Assembly: GCA_038249055.1 (NCBI GenBank)
Contig: JBBRWS010000004.1
Location: forward strand, 17,939 to 81,938
Direction: 5' to 3'
Origin: Minisyncoccia bacterium
GTDB lineage: Bacteria > Patescibacteriota > Minisyncoccia > Phycocordibacterales > UBA9973
DNA length: 64,000 nucleotides
Part shown: positions 1 through 10,482 of the stretch, piece after piece
Layout of the letters: each line of letters begins with the position of its first letter
Numbering within the stretch: position 1 is the first letter of the stretch
Translations under genes and position numbers: made by a program
The notes under the pieces: generated by a model
Told to the model about the DNA's origin: nothing
What the model saw: only the letters and a program-made list of their open reading frames with translations
Database searches by the model: none

Positions 1-272
1 GTGGAATCAGTGATATTTATATTATTTCTGGTATCTTATGGAAAAGAATTTCTTTAGGTATGCCATTGCAAGTTGATGTTGCTAAATCTACTTATGATAC
101 AAAAGGGCTTCCTTCTAATCCCATTAATAATCCAGGCTTGTTAGCAATAAAAGCCGCAATAGAACCACTAGATTCCTCTTATCTATATTATCTTCATGAT
201 AAAAATGGTAAAGTACATTATGCAGTAACATATGAGGAGCATAAGCGAAATATAGATAATTATCTTAGATAA
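1..272 (+). CDS. mltG: Endolytic transglycosylase MltG/YceG, C-terminal part (5' end outside window)
   Basis: Frame open from window start: ISGILWKRISLGMPLQVD...GLPSNPINNPGLLAIKAA...YLYYLHD...YEEH, typical YceG C-terminal motifs. Confidence 0.9.
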   Translation, partial: GISDIYIISGILWKRISLGMPLQVDVAKSTYDTKGLPSNPINNPGLLAIKAAIEPLDSSYLYYLHDKNGKVHYAVTYEEHKRNIDNYLR

Positions 273-294
273 TCACTGCCTCTGGCGGATATAT

Positions 295-1179
295 ATGATT
301 TTAAAAACAATAAAACAAAAAGAATATGAGTTGCTTGATTCAGGAAATGGAGAAAAATTGGAAAGATATGGTCCATATATTTTGAGACGCCCAGATCCGG
401 AGGCTTTATGGGAAAAAAGAAAAGATTTTTTATATTGGGATAAAGCGGAATTACAATTTGTTCGTAATAATAATAAAACTAAATGGATTGCAAAAGAGGG
501 TACTTCTAGAAATTGGAATATAGAATTTGGAGGTTTAAATTTCTCAATTCGTCCTACGTCTTTTAAACACACAGGTCTTTTTCCTGAGCAACTTCCAAAT
601 TGGAAATGGACAGAAAAGATAATTATTAATTACAAATTACTAATTAATAATGCAGAAAAGAAACCCAGTGTTTTAAATTTATTTGGATATACTGGTGGTG
701 CAACTTTAGCATGCGCAAAAGCAGGAGCAGAAGTTTGCCATGTTGATGGTTCAAAAACTGCAGTTGAATGGGCGCGAATTAATGCTCAACTTTCAGGACT
801 AGAAGATGCTCCAATAAGATGGATAGTGGATGATGTTTTAATGTTTCTAAAAAGAGAAATAAAAAGAGGAAGAAAATATGACGCGATAATAATGGACCCG
901 CCATCTTTTGGTCATGGACCAAAGGATGAGCTTTGGAAAATTGAAGAACATTTTTTAGTGTTAATGAAATTATGTAAAGAAGTTTTGTCCGATGATCCTT
1001 TGTTTGTTATTATAAATGGCTATACGGCAGGATATTCATCAATAGCTTATGAAAACAATTTAAAGGATATAATGAAAGAATATAAGGGTGAAATCGAAAA
1101 AGGAGAACTTGTGATTGAAGAAAGTGAAGGAGACAGACTTCTTCCTTGTGGTATATTTGCACGATGGAGTAAGAATTAG
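295..1179 (+). CDS. Class I SAM-dependent methyltransferase (RlmI/YwbD-like)
   Basis: HTGLFPEQ, VLNLFGYTGG, DPPSFG motifs. Confidence 0.85.
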   Translation: MILKTIKQKEYELLDSGNGEKLERYGPYILRRPDPEALWEKRKDFLYWDKAELQFVRNNNKTKWIAKEGTSRNWNIEFGGLNFSIRPTSFKHTGLFPEQLPNWKWTEKIIINYKLLINNAEKKPSVLNLFGYTGGATLACAKAGAEVCHVDGSKTAVEWARINAQLSGLEDAPIRWIVDDVLMFLKREIKRGRKYDAIIMDPPSFGHGPKDELWKIEEHFLVLMKLCKEVLSDDPLFVIINGYTAGYSSIAYENNLKDIMKEYKGEIEKGELVIEESEGDRLLPCGIFARWSKN

Positions 1180-1198
1180 AAATTATAAAATAAGTTAT

Positions 1199-1313
1199 AT
1201 TAAAATTTAATAAACTCTTCTCGAAATCCGCACATAATTTTCTGTTGAAAATTTGTTATGCTCAGACCGACGTCTTCCGCAATGCATTTCTCAAAGATTT
1301 ATTAAATTTTAAT
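1199..1313. repeat. Structured intergenic repeat, copy 1
   Basis: Outer inverted repeat attaaaatttaataaa/tttattaaattttaat; core CGCACATAATTTTC..GAAAATTTGTTATGCTC-AGAC-cgac-GTCT-TCCGCAATG nearly identical to 15180-15235. Confidence 0.85.
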
Positions 1314-1368
1314 TTCAAAAAGAGCTTATTTTTTGAAGTAATTACCTAACTTTACATATTATAGAATT

Positions 1369-2442
1369 ATGATTAAAAATAAAAAAACTATATTTGTTGG
1401 AGTATCAGGCGGAGTAGATTCGTCTGTTTCTGCTGCTATTTTAAAAAACCAAGGATATAATGTTGTTGGAGTTTTTATTCGTACTTGGACGCCAGATTTT
1501 ATAAAATGTACATGGCAGGATGAACGTCGTGATGCAATGAGGGTTTGTGCTCATTTGGGAATTCCATTTTTAGAATGTGATGCTGAAAATGAATATAAAA
1601 AAGGAGTTGCAGATTATATGATAGAAGAATACAAAAAAGGTAATACTCCTAATCCAGACGTAATGTGCAATAGAGAAGTAAAGTTTGGAGTTTTCTGGAA
1701 TTTTGCTAAAGAGCGGGGAGCTGATTATATTGCAACTGGTCATTATGCTATAAATAATTATGAATTAAAAATCAAGAATTTCGAATTAAATAAAGGGAAA
1801 GATGAATCTAAGGACCAATCATATTTTCTTTTGACACTTACTCAAAACGATTTGATTCACATTTTATTTCCAATTGGGCACTTAGAAAAAAAAGAAGTTC
1901 GTAAAATGGCTAAAAAATTTTGTATTCCGGTAGCAACCAAAAAAGATAGTCAAGGTGTTTGTTTTTTGGGTCCACTTGATATGAAAGATTTTTTAAGTCA
2001 TTATATTGAGACTAAAATCGGTAATGTTTTAAATAGTAATGGGGAAGTAATAGGAAGTCATAGTGGTGCAGTTTTTTTTACACTTGGAGAAAGACATGGA
2101 TTTAATCTCAATAAACTCGCTAAAAGTGACAAACCCCTATATGTAATATCAAAAGATGTTGAAAATAATACTATTACAGTCTCAGATGATATTTTAAATA
2201 ATAATACAAAATTAATTCAATATAATTTAATCAATACAAATTGGATAACTTTTATACCATTAGAAAATAAAATATATGATGCACAGATTCGATATCATGG
2301 AGAATTAATTAAATGTAAAATAGATATCCTAGAAAATAATAAAGCATTAATTAATTTTGATAAGGCAATATTAGTTTCAAAAGGTCAGTCAGTTGTGCTC
2401 TATGATAATGATGTTTGTCTTGGAGGTGGTGTAGTAATTTAA
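1369..2442 (+). CDS. mnmA: tRNA 2-thiouridylase MnmA
   Basis: SGGVDS PP-loop, TPNPDVMCNREVKFG, ATGHYA, KDQSYFL, KKDSQGVCF. Confidence 0.97.
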   Translation: MIKNKKTIFVGVSGGVDSSVSAAILKNQGYNVVGVFIRTWTPDFIKCTWQDERRDAMRVCAHLGIPFLECDAENEYKKGVADYMIEEYKKGNTPNPDVMCNREVKFGVFWNFAKERGADYIATGHYAINNYELKIKNFELNKGKDESKDQSYFLLTLTQNDLIHILFPIGHLEKKEVRKMAKKFCIPVATKKDSQGVCFLGPLDMKDFLSHYIETKIGNVLNSNGEVIGSHSGAVFFTLGERHGFNLNKLAKSDKPLYVISKDVENNTITVSDDILNNNTKLIQYNLINTNWITFIPLENKIYDAQIRYHGELIKCKIDILENNKALINFDKAILVSKGQSVVLYDNDVCLGGGVVI

Positions 2443-2547
2443 ATAATTTGATATATAGATTACTATAGAACAACGGCATTCGGACATTAAGTAAATTAAA
2501 GATTACTTTATTTGCTTATGCTCCTTACTTGTTGTTATAATACAAAT

Positions 2548-3030
2548 ATGGAAAATATTTTTGATGCAGTAACAATTGATATTATGGTTCGTCTTTCAGT
2601 GGCATTATTATTGGGTATGATTATAGGTACTGAACGAGTTTGGGCACATAAAACAGCTGGGATGCGTACATACGCACTGGTTTCTATGGGGGCAGCACTA
2701 TTTATTATAATTTCAGAAATGGTAGGAATTAAATATATTAATATAGGTGTCTTTGATCCTACGAGAATAGCTGCTCAAGTTATAATGGGAGTTGGCTTTC
2801 TTGGTACTGGTTTGATTTTTTCTAAAGAATCAAAATTAATTGGTCTAACTACAGCTACTGGTTTATGGGTTTCAGCAGGTATTGGAATGGCATCTGGATT
2901 TAAACTCTACGGTGTTGCTATTATTGCGACAACATTCACTTTATTTATTTTTGTTGTTTTATGGTATTTAGAAGAGCAATTAAAAAAATCTAAATATTTT
3001 AAAAGCAGAGAGCCATTAGATAATATTTAA
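2548..3030 (+). CDS. MgtC/SapB family membrane protein
   Basis: IGTER...AGMRTYALVS, DPTRIAAQVIMGVGFLGTG, GLTTAT; ATG 2548 preferred (TATAAT just upstream). Confidence 0.9.
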   Translation: MENIFDAVTIDIMVRLSVALLLGMIIGTERVWAHKTAGMRTYALVSMGAALFIIISEMVGIKYINIGVFDPTRIAAQVIMGVGFLGTGLIFSKESKLIGLTTATGLWVSAGIGMASGFKLYGVAIIATTFTLFIFVVLWYLEEQLKKSKYFKSREPLDNI

Positions 3031-3031
3031 A

Positions 3032-3066
3032 AAAAAGACCTTCATTCTAATGTGAAGGTCTTTTTA
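3032..3066 (+). terminator. Intrinsic terminator
   Basis: aaaaagaccttca...tgaaggtctttttt stem plus T-tract. Confidence 0.75.
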
Positions 3067-3218
3067 AATTTAAGATTTTGTTGTACTATATAAAAATACG
3101 ACCCCACTTTAGTCTGCAATTGCGGAATACGGGGTTTAAATTATTAAAATTATAAAGATAAATTAAGTAGGTTTGGTTTGTATCTAAATGATAATAATCA
3201 TAACCTGCTTCTAATCGG

Positions 3219-5090
3219 ATGCAATCAAATGAAATTCGTGAAAAATTTCTCAAATTTTTTGAAAATAGAGAACATAAAATAATACCTTCAGCTTCTCTTA
3301 TTCCTGAAAATGATCCTTCAGTTCTTTTTAATACCGCAGGAATGCAACCCATAGTTCCTTATCTATTAGGACAGAAGCATCCTATGGGAACTCGCCTAGT
3401 TGATTCACAAAAATGTGTCAGAACTAATGATATTGATGAAGTTGGAGATAATCGACATCTTACTTTTTTTGAAATGCTTGGAAATTGGTCATTAGGAGAT
3501 TATTTTAAAGAGGATGCTATAAAATGGAGCTATGAATTTTTGACTGACAAAGAAGAAGGGCTTGGTCTAGATATAAATAGAATTTATGTAACTGTTTTTG
3601 AGGGAAATGAAGATGCCCCTAGAGACACTAATGCTGCAAGTATTTGGGTTAAATATTTACCTGAAAACCGAATATATTTTATGCCCGCAAAAAATAATTG
3701 GTGGAGTGCAGGGGATAATGGTCCTTGTGGTGCTGATACTGAAATATTTTATGACCCAAACGAGAAAGCTATTGGTGATATTACCCATGATGAATTTGTG
3801 AAAGCAGATGATGAAGGTATAATTATTGAAATATGGAATAATGTTTTTATGGAATATGAGAAAAAAAATGGAAAAGTTATTGGAAAACTTTTAAAACATA
3901 ATGTAGATACTGGAATGGGATTTGAAAGAATAACTATGGTTAAACAGGGGAAGAAAACTGTTTTTGAAACTGATTTATTTAGTTCTATAATTTCAAAAAT
4001 TGAAGAGTCTTCAGGAAAAAAATACGGAGAGAAAACAGATGAAGAGTATATTATAAATGGAGAGGAGTTTTTTGTGGATACTAGAAAAATGATGAGAATA
4101 GTAGCTGATCATTTACGTTCGAGCGTTTTTATAATAGCTGATGGTGGTACACCTTCTAATTCTGGAAGTGGTTATGTTATCAGACGTATACTTCGAAGAG
4201 TTATAAGATTTTCAGACAAATTGGAATTTAAAAAAGGTAGTCTATTGGAAATTATAGATTTAATAATTGAAAAATATAAAATAGCATATCCAGAAATAGA
4301 AAAAAATAAAAATTTTATTAAAAATGAAATTATAAATGAGGAATTAAAGTTTCGTCAAACACTTGAGAATGGGTTAAAGGTAATCGAAAAATCTATGACA
4401 GCAATGGAGGTAACTTCTACTGGTGAAAATATTTCTGGAAAAATTAAAGAAATTTTATCTGGTGAAGTTGCCTTTGATTTATATCAAAGTCATGGATTTC
4501 CTATTGAACTTACAATAGAAGAAGCGAAATCAAGAGGAATGTCCGTCGATTTGGATGCTTATAATATTAAAATGAAGGAGCATCAAATACTTTCTCAAAC
4601 TTCTTCTGCAGGTATGTTTAAAGGAGGTCTTTCTAATCATAGTGAAAAGACTATTCGTTTACATACTGCACATCACTTGCTTTTAGCTGCTCTTCAAGAA
4701 ATAGTAAGTAAAGATATAAAACAGAAAGGAAGTAATATTACCGAAGAACGTTTAAGAATAGATTTTACTTGTGATCATAAGCTAACTGATGAAGAAAAGA
4801 ATTCAGTCGAAAATTGGGTAAATGATAAAATAAATAGAAACCTAAATGTTATTCGTCGTGAAATGCCATTAGTAGAAGCAGAAAAGATAGGAGCTCAAAT
4901 GGAATTTGGTGCAAAATATCCTGAAATCGTTTCTATTTATTTTGTAGAAGATGAAAATGGCAATACAGTATCTAAAGAATTCTGCGGAGGACCTCATGTT
5001 TCAAAGACAAAAGAACTTGGTCGATTTAAGATTCAAAAAGAAGAAGCTAGTTCTCAAGGGGTACGACGAATTAAGGCAATTTTAGAATAA
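3219..5090 (+). CDS. alaS: Alanine--tRNA ligase (short form lacking C-Ala domain)
   Basis: LFNTAGMQP, RHLTFFEMLGNWS, VDTGMGFER, editing motifs HTAHH and EFCGGPHV. Confidence 0.97.
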   Translation: MQSNEIREKFLKFFENREHKIIPSASLIPENDPSVLFNTAGMQPIVPYLLGQKHPMGTRLVDSQKCVRTNDIDEVGDNRHLTFFEMLGNWSLGDYFKEDAIKWSYEFLTDKEEGLGLDINRIYVTVFEGNEDAPRDTNAASIWVKYLPENRIYFMPAKNNWWSAGDNGPCGADTEIFYDPNEKAIGDITHDEFVKADDEGIIIEIWNNVFMEYEKKNGKVIGKLLKHNVDTGMGFERITMVKQGKKTVFETDLFSSIISKIEESSGKKYGEKTDEEYIINGEEFFVDTRKMMRIVADHLRSSVFIIADGGTPSNSGSGYVIRRILRRVIRFSDKLEFKKGSLLEIIDLIIEKYKIAYPEIEKNKNFIKNEIINEELKFRQTLENGLKVIEKSMTAMEVTSTGENISGKIKEILSGEVAFDLYQSHGFPIELTIEEAKSRGMSVDLDAYNIKMKEHQILSQTSSAGMFKGGLSNHSEKTIRLHTAHHLLLAALQEIVSKDIKQKGSNITEERLRIDFTCDHKLTDEEKNSVENWVNDKINRNLNVIRREMPLVEAEKIGAQMEFGAKYPEIVSIYFVEDENGNTVSKEFCGGPHVSKTKELGRFKIQKEEASSQGVRRIKAILE

Positions 5091-5132
5091 AATGATACAA
5101 TATAAATATATAAATTAATTTTTAAACACTAT

Positions 5133-5693
5133 ATGAAAAAAGATAAGGGTTTAGCACCATTAGTTATAGTTGCAATATTAGCAGGAGTTATAATTGTAGT
5201 TGTAGGTATTTTTTATTTATTAAAAAATAAAAATCCAAGTGAAAATATTTCTATTAATCCAGAAGTTCAAATTCCTGTAGAAAATAAACAGATAAAAAAA
5301 ATTGAGATTTGTAAAGAAGAATCACCTTCAACGGTTACACTTATTTCACCAAATGGAGGAGAAGTTTATAAGGCAGGGGAGAAAATATCTGTTAAATGGG
5401 AAAATTGTAATAATAAAAGTCCAGTTTCTATAACATTAATGAAACAAAAACCAGCAACCCTTTACACTGAAGATGAAAAAAATGTAGTTGCAGTATTTAA
5501 GTTGGATGAAGAAGTAAAAGAAGATCAAAATATTAGTCCTAGAGAAGTTACTTTGCCCGTCTTTGATCAAAATTTACAATCAGGAGAGTATTATTTTATT
5601 TCTTTATCTAGTAAAAGTGACAAAGAAAATGTAGGGCCTAGTTATAATCTTAGAGATTATTCTGATAAATTATTCACAATTAATTTAAATTAA
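5133..5693 (+). CDS. Membrane-anchored protein with pilin-like N-terminal TM helix and Ig-like domain
   Basis: KGLAPLVIVAIL... hydrophobic helix; VTLISPNGGEVYKAGEKISVKW...DYSDKLFTI Ig-like signature. Confidence 0.6.
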   Translation: MKKDKGLAPLVIVAILAGVIIVVVGIFYLLKNKNPSENISINPEVQIPVENKQIKKIEICKEESPSTVTLISPNGGEVYKAGEKISVKWENCNNKSPVSITLMKQKPATLYTEDEKNVVAVFKLDEEVKEDQNISPREVTLPVFDQNLQSGEYYFISLSSKSDKENVGPSYNLRDYSDKLFTINLN

Positions 5694-5876
5694 AAAAATA
5701 AATACAAATATGTCTGAAATAAGCACTCCCTTATAGATATTATATGGGAGTGCTTTACATATTGACAATATGTGTTATTAATGATATACTTAAACTAATG
5801 TAAATATTTCCTGTACCATTCTTGTAGTGAGATTGGAGGGATAAAAAAATTTTCTAATCATCTAAAACTTAAACAG

Positions 5877-6806
5877 ATGAAAAAGATTTTTGTATTGTTC
5901 GTTGTCATGGTTTTGTTAATCACAGTGCCTTCTTGTCAAAAAGAAGAAATCCTTATTAGTGACGTACAAATTGAGGCCATAAAGGCTCAATTGGTTGCTA
6001 CTCCAACTCTTTCAAAAGAAGAGGTTGAAACTGTATTGTCTAGTCAAAAACTTAAATCCGCTTCTCTTAACGAAGAAGAAACTCTGGTTCAGGTTTTAGA
6101 TTTGGATGAACGGACCTTCGAGGTGAACGATCAGTTTGCAATCAAAAATTTAGTTTATATGGAATTTGGGCAAAATGGTAATTTGTTAAAACTCATTACC
6201 ATCCGTCAAATATTCGATGTAAATAACGGTAACATTGATGTAAATTCATATTCAATTGAGTATGAAATCGGGTGTAGTTATTCAAGAAATTTCCAATTAG
6301 GTGTTCAAGGAAATGTAAATCAAATTACTTTCTTTTTACATTTTAAAAACGGAAAGCAACTTGCTTTTTATGGAAACGGGAATAATAATATTACACTCTT
6401 ACCAATTGCACGTGCAAGCTGGCAACTGCTTGTAAATTATTACGATAATATTTTACAACAGCAGTACTTAACTGATTTGATTAATTTCTATGATCAATCC
6501 AACGTTATAAATTTAAGATTAGAACTGAAAAGTAAGAATCTTAAGTCTACCGTTAAATTTGACCGAAATTTAATTGAAGGAGCATACAACGTTCAACTTG
6601 GTGGATTCGATGCATCTGGAAATTACAGGTATATGAGTTATCAAGTTATGTATGACTCGTCTATGCCGGAAAAAATTTCCTTTGAAGCATATTTTGACAT
6701 TCAAGATGTAAATATTTGTGGGACCAATGGTTGCTATGGATATTCTACCAAGGATTCAAAATACACTGTTTATAATGCAGATGGTACTATTTTGTACAGT
6801 CTGTAG
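5877..6806 (+). CDS. Hypothetical lipoprotein
   Basis: MKKIFVLFVVMVLLITVPSC-QKEE lipoprotein-like signal; upstream TTGACA...TATACT promoter at ~5762-5790. Confidence 0.6.
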   Translation: MKKIFVLFVVMVLLITVPSCQKEEILISDVQIEAIKAQLVATPTLSKEEVETVLSSQKLKSASLNEEETLVQVLDLDERTFEVNDQFAIKNLVYMEFGQNGNLLKLITIRQIFDVNNGNIDVNSYSIEYEIGCSYSRNFQLGVQGNVNQITFFLHFKNGKQLAFYGNGNNNITLLPIARASWQLLVNYYDNILQQQYLTDLINFYDQSNVINLRLELKSKNLKSTVKFDRNLIEGAYNVQLGGFDASGNYRYMSYQVMYDSSMPEKISFEAYFDIQDVNICGTNGCYGYSTKDSKYTVYNADGTILYSL

Positions 6807-6913
6807 GATAGATTAACCCTCTAAATTTATCAAACAAAGTTTGGTAAATAATATATAAAAAAGCCCGACTTGTTCGGTGCTTTTTTTTATATTTATAGTA
6901 TAATGAACTCACT

Positions 6914-8098
6914 ATGGGATTTTTATTTTCATCACAAAAAAAAGAAAAGCTAATCGCTATTTTTGATATTGGTTCAGGAAGTGTTGGTGGTGCTATGGTT
7001 CGTATGCCAATAGATGGAAATGGTGTTCCCATAATAATAAAATCTGTTCGTGGTAATGAGATTAAGTTTCGTAAGGATTTTGACTTCAATTCATTATTGA
7101 AAGATATGACCTCATCACTTTATCTGACTGCAAATTCATTATATGAAAAAAAAATTGGTGCACCTGATGAAATATATTGTGTGATGGCTTCTCCTTGGTA
7201 TTTATTTGAAACAAAAATTATAAAAATGTCTAGAAATAATTCATTTATTTTTACTAAACGTTTAGCAAATGAATTAATTCAAAAAGAAATATCTAGTCTT
7301 ACTGAAATTTATAAAACTAAATATGGTACCTTAGAAGGTTCTCCGGAAATAATAGAACAAAATACAATAAAAGTAGCTTTAAATGGGTATAATATTAAAG
7401 ACCCAATTGGTAAAAAATGTAAATCACTTGAGATGGATATGTTGATATCTTTAGCACCAGAATTATGTCTCAATAAAATACGTGAGACTTTATCAAAAAT
7501 TTTTCATCACACAAGCGTTCGTTTTTCATCTTTCACAATGGCTACTTATTTAGCAATTAGGGATAAATACGTAAAGGACGATTCGTATTTGTTACTTGAT
7601 ATTAGTGGTGAGATTACTGATGTGGGAATAGTTTCAAAAGGTATTTTAAAGGCCGTGCTATCTTTTCCTTTTGGTAAGAAAACTTTTTTTAATCAAATTT
7701 GTTCTAAGTTAGATATTGAATTACGCGATGCAAAAGAATTATTCAAATTATATAGTAGTGATAATCTTTCTCCAGATTTTAAGAAAAAAGTAATACCCGT
7801 TTTTAAATCCATTGAAAATTCTTGGAATGAATCATTCCGTCAATGTATAGGTACACTACCAAGAACACTTTTTTTACCCGATACTATATTTTTAACAGCA
7901 GATAATGATATTAAAAATTGGTTTGCTGAAGTTCTTCGTAATGAGGAATTTATTCAACCAAAAGTTTTTGATAATAAGTTCACAGTTATAACAATAGAAG
8001 GACCTGAGTTTTTGAATATGTGTGATATTGATGGCGGAACTTGTGATCCTTTTATAATGATTGAAGCAATTTCTATAATGAGAAAAATGGGTAAGTAA
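6914..8098 (+). CDS. FtsA/PilM-like actin-fold protein
   Basis: IFDIGSGSVGG phosphate-1 and LLDISGEITDV phosphate-2 motifs. Confidence 0.7.
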   Translation: MGFLFSSQKKEKLIAIFDIGSGSVGGAMVRMPIDGNGVPIIIKSVRGNEIKFRKDFDFNSLLKDMTSSLYLTANSLYEKKIGAPDEIYCVMASPWYLFETKIIKMSRNNSFIFTKRLANELIQKEISSLTEIYKTKYGTLEGSPEIIEQNTIKVALNGYNIKDPIGKKCKSLEMDMLISLAPELCLNKIRETLSKIFHHTSVRFSSFTMATYLAIRDKYVKDDSYLLLDISGEITDVGIVSKGILKAVLSFPFGKKTFFNQICSKLDIELRDAKELFKLYSSDNLSPDFKKKVIPVFKSIENSWNESFRQCIGTLPRTLFLPDTIFLTADNDIKNWFAEVLRNEEFIQPKVFDNKFTVITIEGPEFLNMCDIDGGTCDPFIMIEAISIMRKMGK

Positions 8099-8100
8099 TT

Positions 8101-9456
8101 ATGGCGAGAATTATTTTAGAAGATATAAAATTAAATAAGAGACATAATATTATCTTAAAAAAAGAAGATGTTCCTTTTGTAAGTGAGTCAATTCCAAAAA
8201 AAGAAATTATACCAGAAGTTCCCAAAGAATCTAAAATAGATGAATATTTTAAATTTAAATCATATGAAAAGCAGAGATTACAAAGAACACCGCAAATTAA
8301 AAAAAGTAATAATGGATTTAATAAAGTAATTTTATTTATTTTTATATTATCACTTGTTGCTGGTTTAGTATATTGGGGTGGAATATTATTCCAAAAAGTA
8401 GATATAAATATTAGTTCAAAACACCAACCCATATCATATAATAATAAACAGTTTATTTCCCTAAAGGATTCAAATGGAGAAACTGATAATTTTATGATTA
8501 TGATTTATTCAGATAAGAAATCTAAAACAGTTACCTTAACTGAACCTAAGGAAGTTTCTGTTAACTCAACTGGAAGTATCACTTTATATAATGAGTTTAG
8601 TAATAATCCCCAAAAACTATTAGCAGGTACTTTCATTGCTGATAATGAAGGTAAAACTTATAAAATGGATGATACTGTTACTATACCAGGATATAAGATG
8701 GATAATAATAAATTAATCCCAGGTCAGATTGTTGCCAATATTAGCTCATTTCTTCCTGGGGAAGCTTATAATGGTTCACCAAAAGATTTTTTTATAACTT
8801 CATTTAAAGGAACATCTAAATATAATAAAATTTATGGTAAGTTAAAAAGTCCATTAGAAGGAGGTGCGGCTGGTCTAGTATATACACCGAGTGTTTCTGA
8901 TATTCGTATTATAGACAATATAGCTAAAACATCTTTTAAAGATGACTTATATAAAAAGGTTCAGGCTTCTGTTTACCCGGGATATATTTTATATCCAAAC
9001 GCAATGACCTTTTCATATAAAATAGGTAATAATATTTTTTCAAAAACACCAGAGACTGCGATTATGATAGAAGGAGTTTTATCAGTTGTTTTATTAAAAG
9101 AAAAAAATTTAATGGATAATATAATAAAAGTTTCATTACCACAAATTAAAGGAGAAGAACTGAAGGAGATTAAAATAGATGGCATGAATAATCTATCTTT
9201 TAATTTTACAAATAAAGATCAATTAATAACAAAAGATATAAATTCTATCTCATTTAATTTAACAGGGAATATAGATGCAATTTGGAATCCAGATGTAGAG
9301 ATTCTTAAAACAAAATTAATTGGAATTAATAAAAATGAAGTATTGTCTATCTTTAGACAAGATCCTGGAATATCATCTGCCTTAGTTAAAATTTTCCCTC
9401 CATGGCAAAAATATATTCCTAATGATATATCTAAAATTAATATATTTGTAAAATAA
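8101..9456 (+). CDS. Conserved hypothetical single-TM protein (baseplate-J-like beta region)
   Basis: One TM near aa 75-97, then STGSITLYN...LLAGT...VTIPG...PGEAYN pattern; starts 2 nt after the FtsA-like gene. Confidence 0.5.
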   Translation: MARIILEDIKLNKRHNIILKKEDVPFVSESIPKKEIIPEVPKESKIDEYFKFKSYEKQRLQRTPQIKKSNNGFNKVILFIFILSLVAGLVYWGGILFQKVDINISSKHQPISYNNKQFISLKDSNGETDNFMIMIYSDKKSKTVTLTEPKEVSVNSTGSITLYNEFSNNPQKLLAGTFIADNEGKTYKMDDTVTIPGYKMDNNKLIPGQIVANISSFLPGEAYNGSPKDFFITSFKGTSKYNKIYGKLKSPLEGGAAGLVYTPSVSDIRIIDNIAKTSFKDDLYKKVQASVYPGYILYPNAMTFSYKIGNNIFSKTPETAIMIEGVLSVVLLKEKNLMDNIIKVSLPQIKGEELKEIKIDGMNNLSFNFTNKDQLITKDINSISFNLTGNIDAIWNPDVEILKTKLIGINKNEVLSIFRQDPGISSALVKIFPPWQKYIPNDISKINIFVK

Positions 9457-9592
9457 TAAACTAAGATAAATATTTTTTACGTAAATTTAAGGCATTATAA
9501 AAATAATTTTTAAGAAGAGCATATTAATAATTTAAATTTTATGCAAAAAGGTTGACTAAAAATTAATTATTTGTTATATTAATCAAGCATTA

Positions 9593-9808
9593 ATGAATCA
9601 AAAAGACGACAAAAACACTGTTATGGGAATAGTTACGGAAGCACTTCCTAACACACTTTTTCGCGTAGATACTGGGGATGGTAAAATTGTTCTCTCTTAT
9701 CTTGCTGGGAAAATGCGTATGCACAGAATAAAGGTATTAGTAGGAGATAAGGTTGAAGTTCTTTTAGATCCTTATGGTGGTAAAGGGAGGATTATAAAAA
9801 GAAATTAG
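9593..9808 (+). CDS. infA: Translation initiation factor IF-1
   Basis: GIVTEALPNTLFRV...YLAGKMRMHRIKVLVGDKV. Confidence 0.97.
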   Translation: MNQKDDKNTVMGIVTEALPNTLFRVDTGDGKIVLSYLAGKMRMHRIKVLVGDKVEVLLDPYGGKGRIIKRN

Positions 9809-9912
9809 CCTTGCTTATTTTATTAAATTAGTGTAATATGAAAAGACATATGCTTATGTAATAAAAATACAGGGTAAAAGCCCTATATTTTTCTTTAGCA
9901 TTTAGATGAAAT

Positions 9913-10023
9913 ATGAAAATCAAATCTGCAGTAAAAAAAATTTGTACAAAATGTAAACTGATCAAGCGAAGCGGTCATCTTCGTGTTATTTGTGATAATC
10001 CTAAGCATAAACAAAAACAATAA
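9913..10023 (+). CDS. rpmJ: 50S ribosomal protein L36 (not in ORF track)
   Basis: Manual translation [36 protein letters not shown], zinc-ribbon type, between infA and rpsM. Confidence 0.96.
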   Translation: MKIKSAVKKICTKCKLIKRSGHLRVICDNPKHKQKQ

Positions 10024-10029
10024 TTTTAT

Positions 10030-10410
10030 ATGAGAATTCTCGGTATAACTATTCCAAACAATAAACATCTAGACGTAGGATTAACTTGCCTTTATGGTAT
10101 AGGTATATCCCGTTCAAGAAAAATTTTAGATCAAGCTGGTATTGATAGAAATATCAAAGGAGATGCTTTAACTGTTGATCAAGAAAATACAATACGTAAA
10201 ATAATCGAAACTATGTCCATCGAAGGTACTTTAAAGCGTGAAGTTGCTTCTAACATAAAAAGATTAAAAGATATTAAAGCTTACAGAGGTGTAAGACATA
10301 TGCGACGTTTACCAGTAAATGGTCAAAGAACAAAGACTAATTCTCGCACAGTGAGAGGAAATGTTCGAAAGACTATGGGAAGTGGTAGAAGAAAAGCTGA
10401 AAAAACTTAG
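10030..10410 (+). CDS. rpsM: 30S ribosomal protein S13
   Basis: LYGIG, YRGVRHMRRLPVNGQRTKTNSRT. Confidence 0.98.
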   Translation: MRILGITIPNNKHLDVGLTCLYGIGISRSRKILDQAGIDRNIKGDALTVDQENTIRKIIETMSIEGTLKREVASNIKRLKDIKAYRGVRHMRRLPVNGQRTKTNSRTVRGNVRKTMGSGRRKAEKT

Positions 10411-10482
10411 GATAATTTTATAGTTTCTAGGTAGTAAACTTACTAGAAATTAGAAACTTATTACTAGAAACTAATTAAAAAT

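Noticed and set aside
5720-5757. CIRCE-like arms TAAGCACTC...GAGTGCTTT
   Set aside because: Spacer is about 19 nt rather than 9 and the site is not upstream of a chaperone gene; better explained as a terminator hairpin
8101-9456. Prophage baseplate gene
   Set aside because: No other phage genes nearby; has a TM helix and sits among core genes
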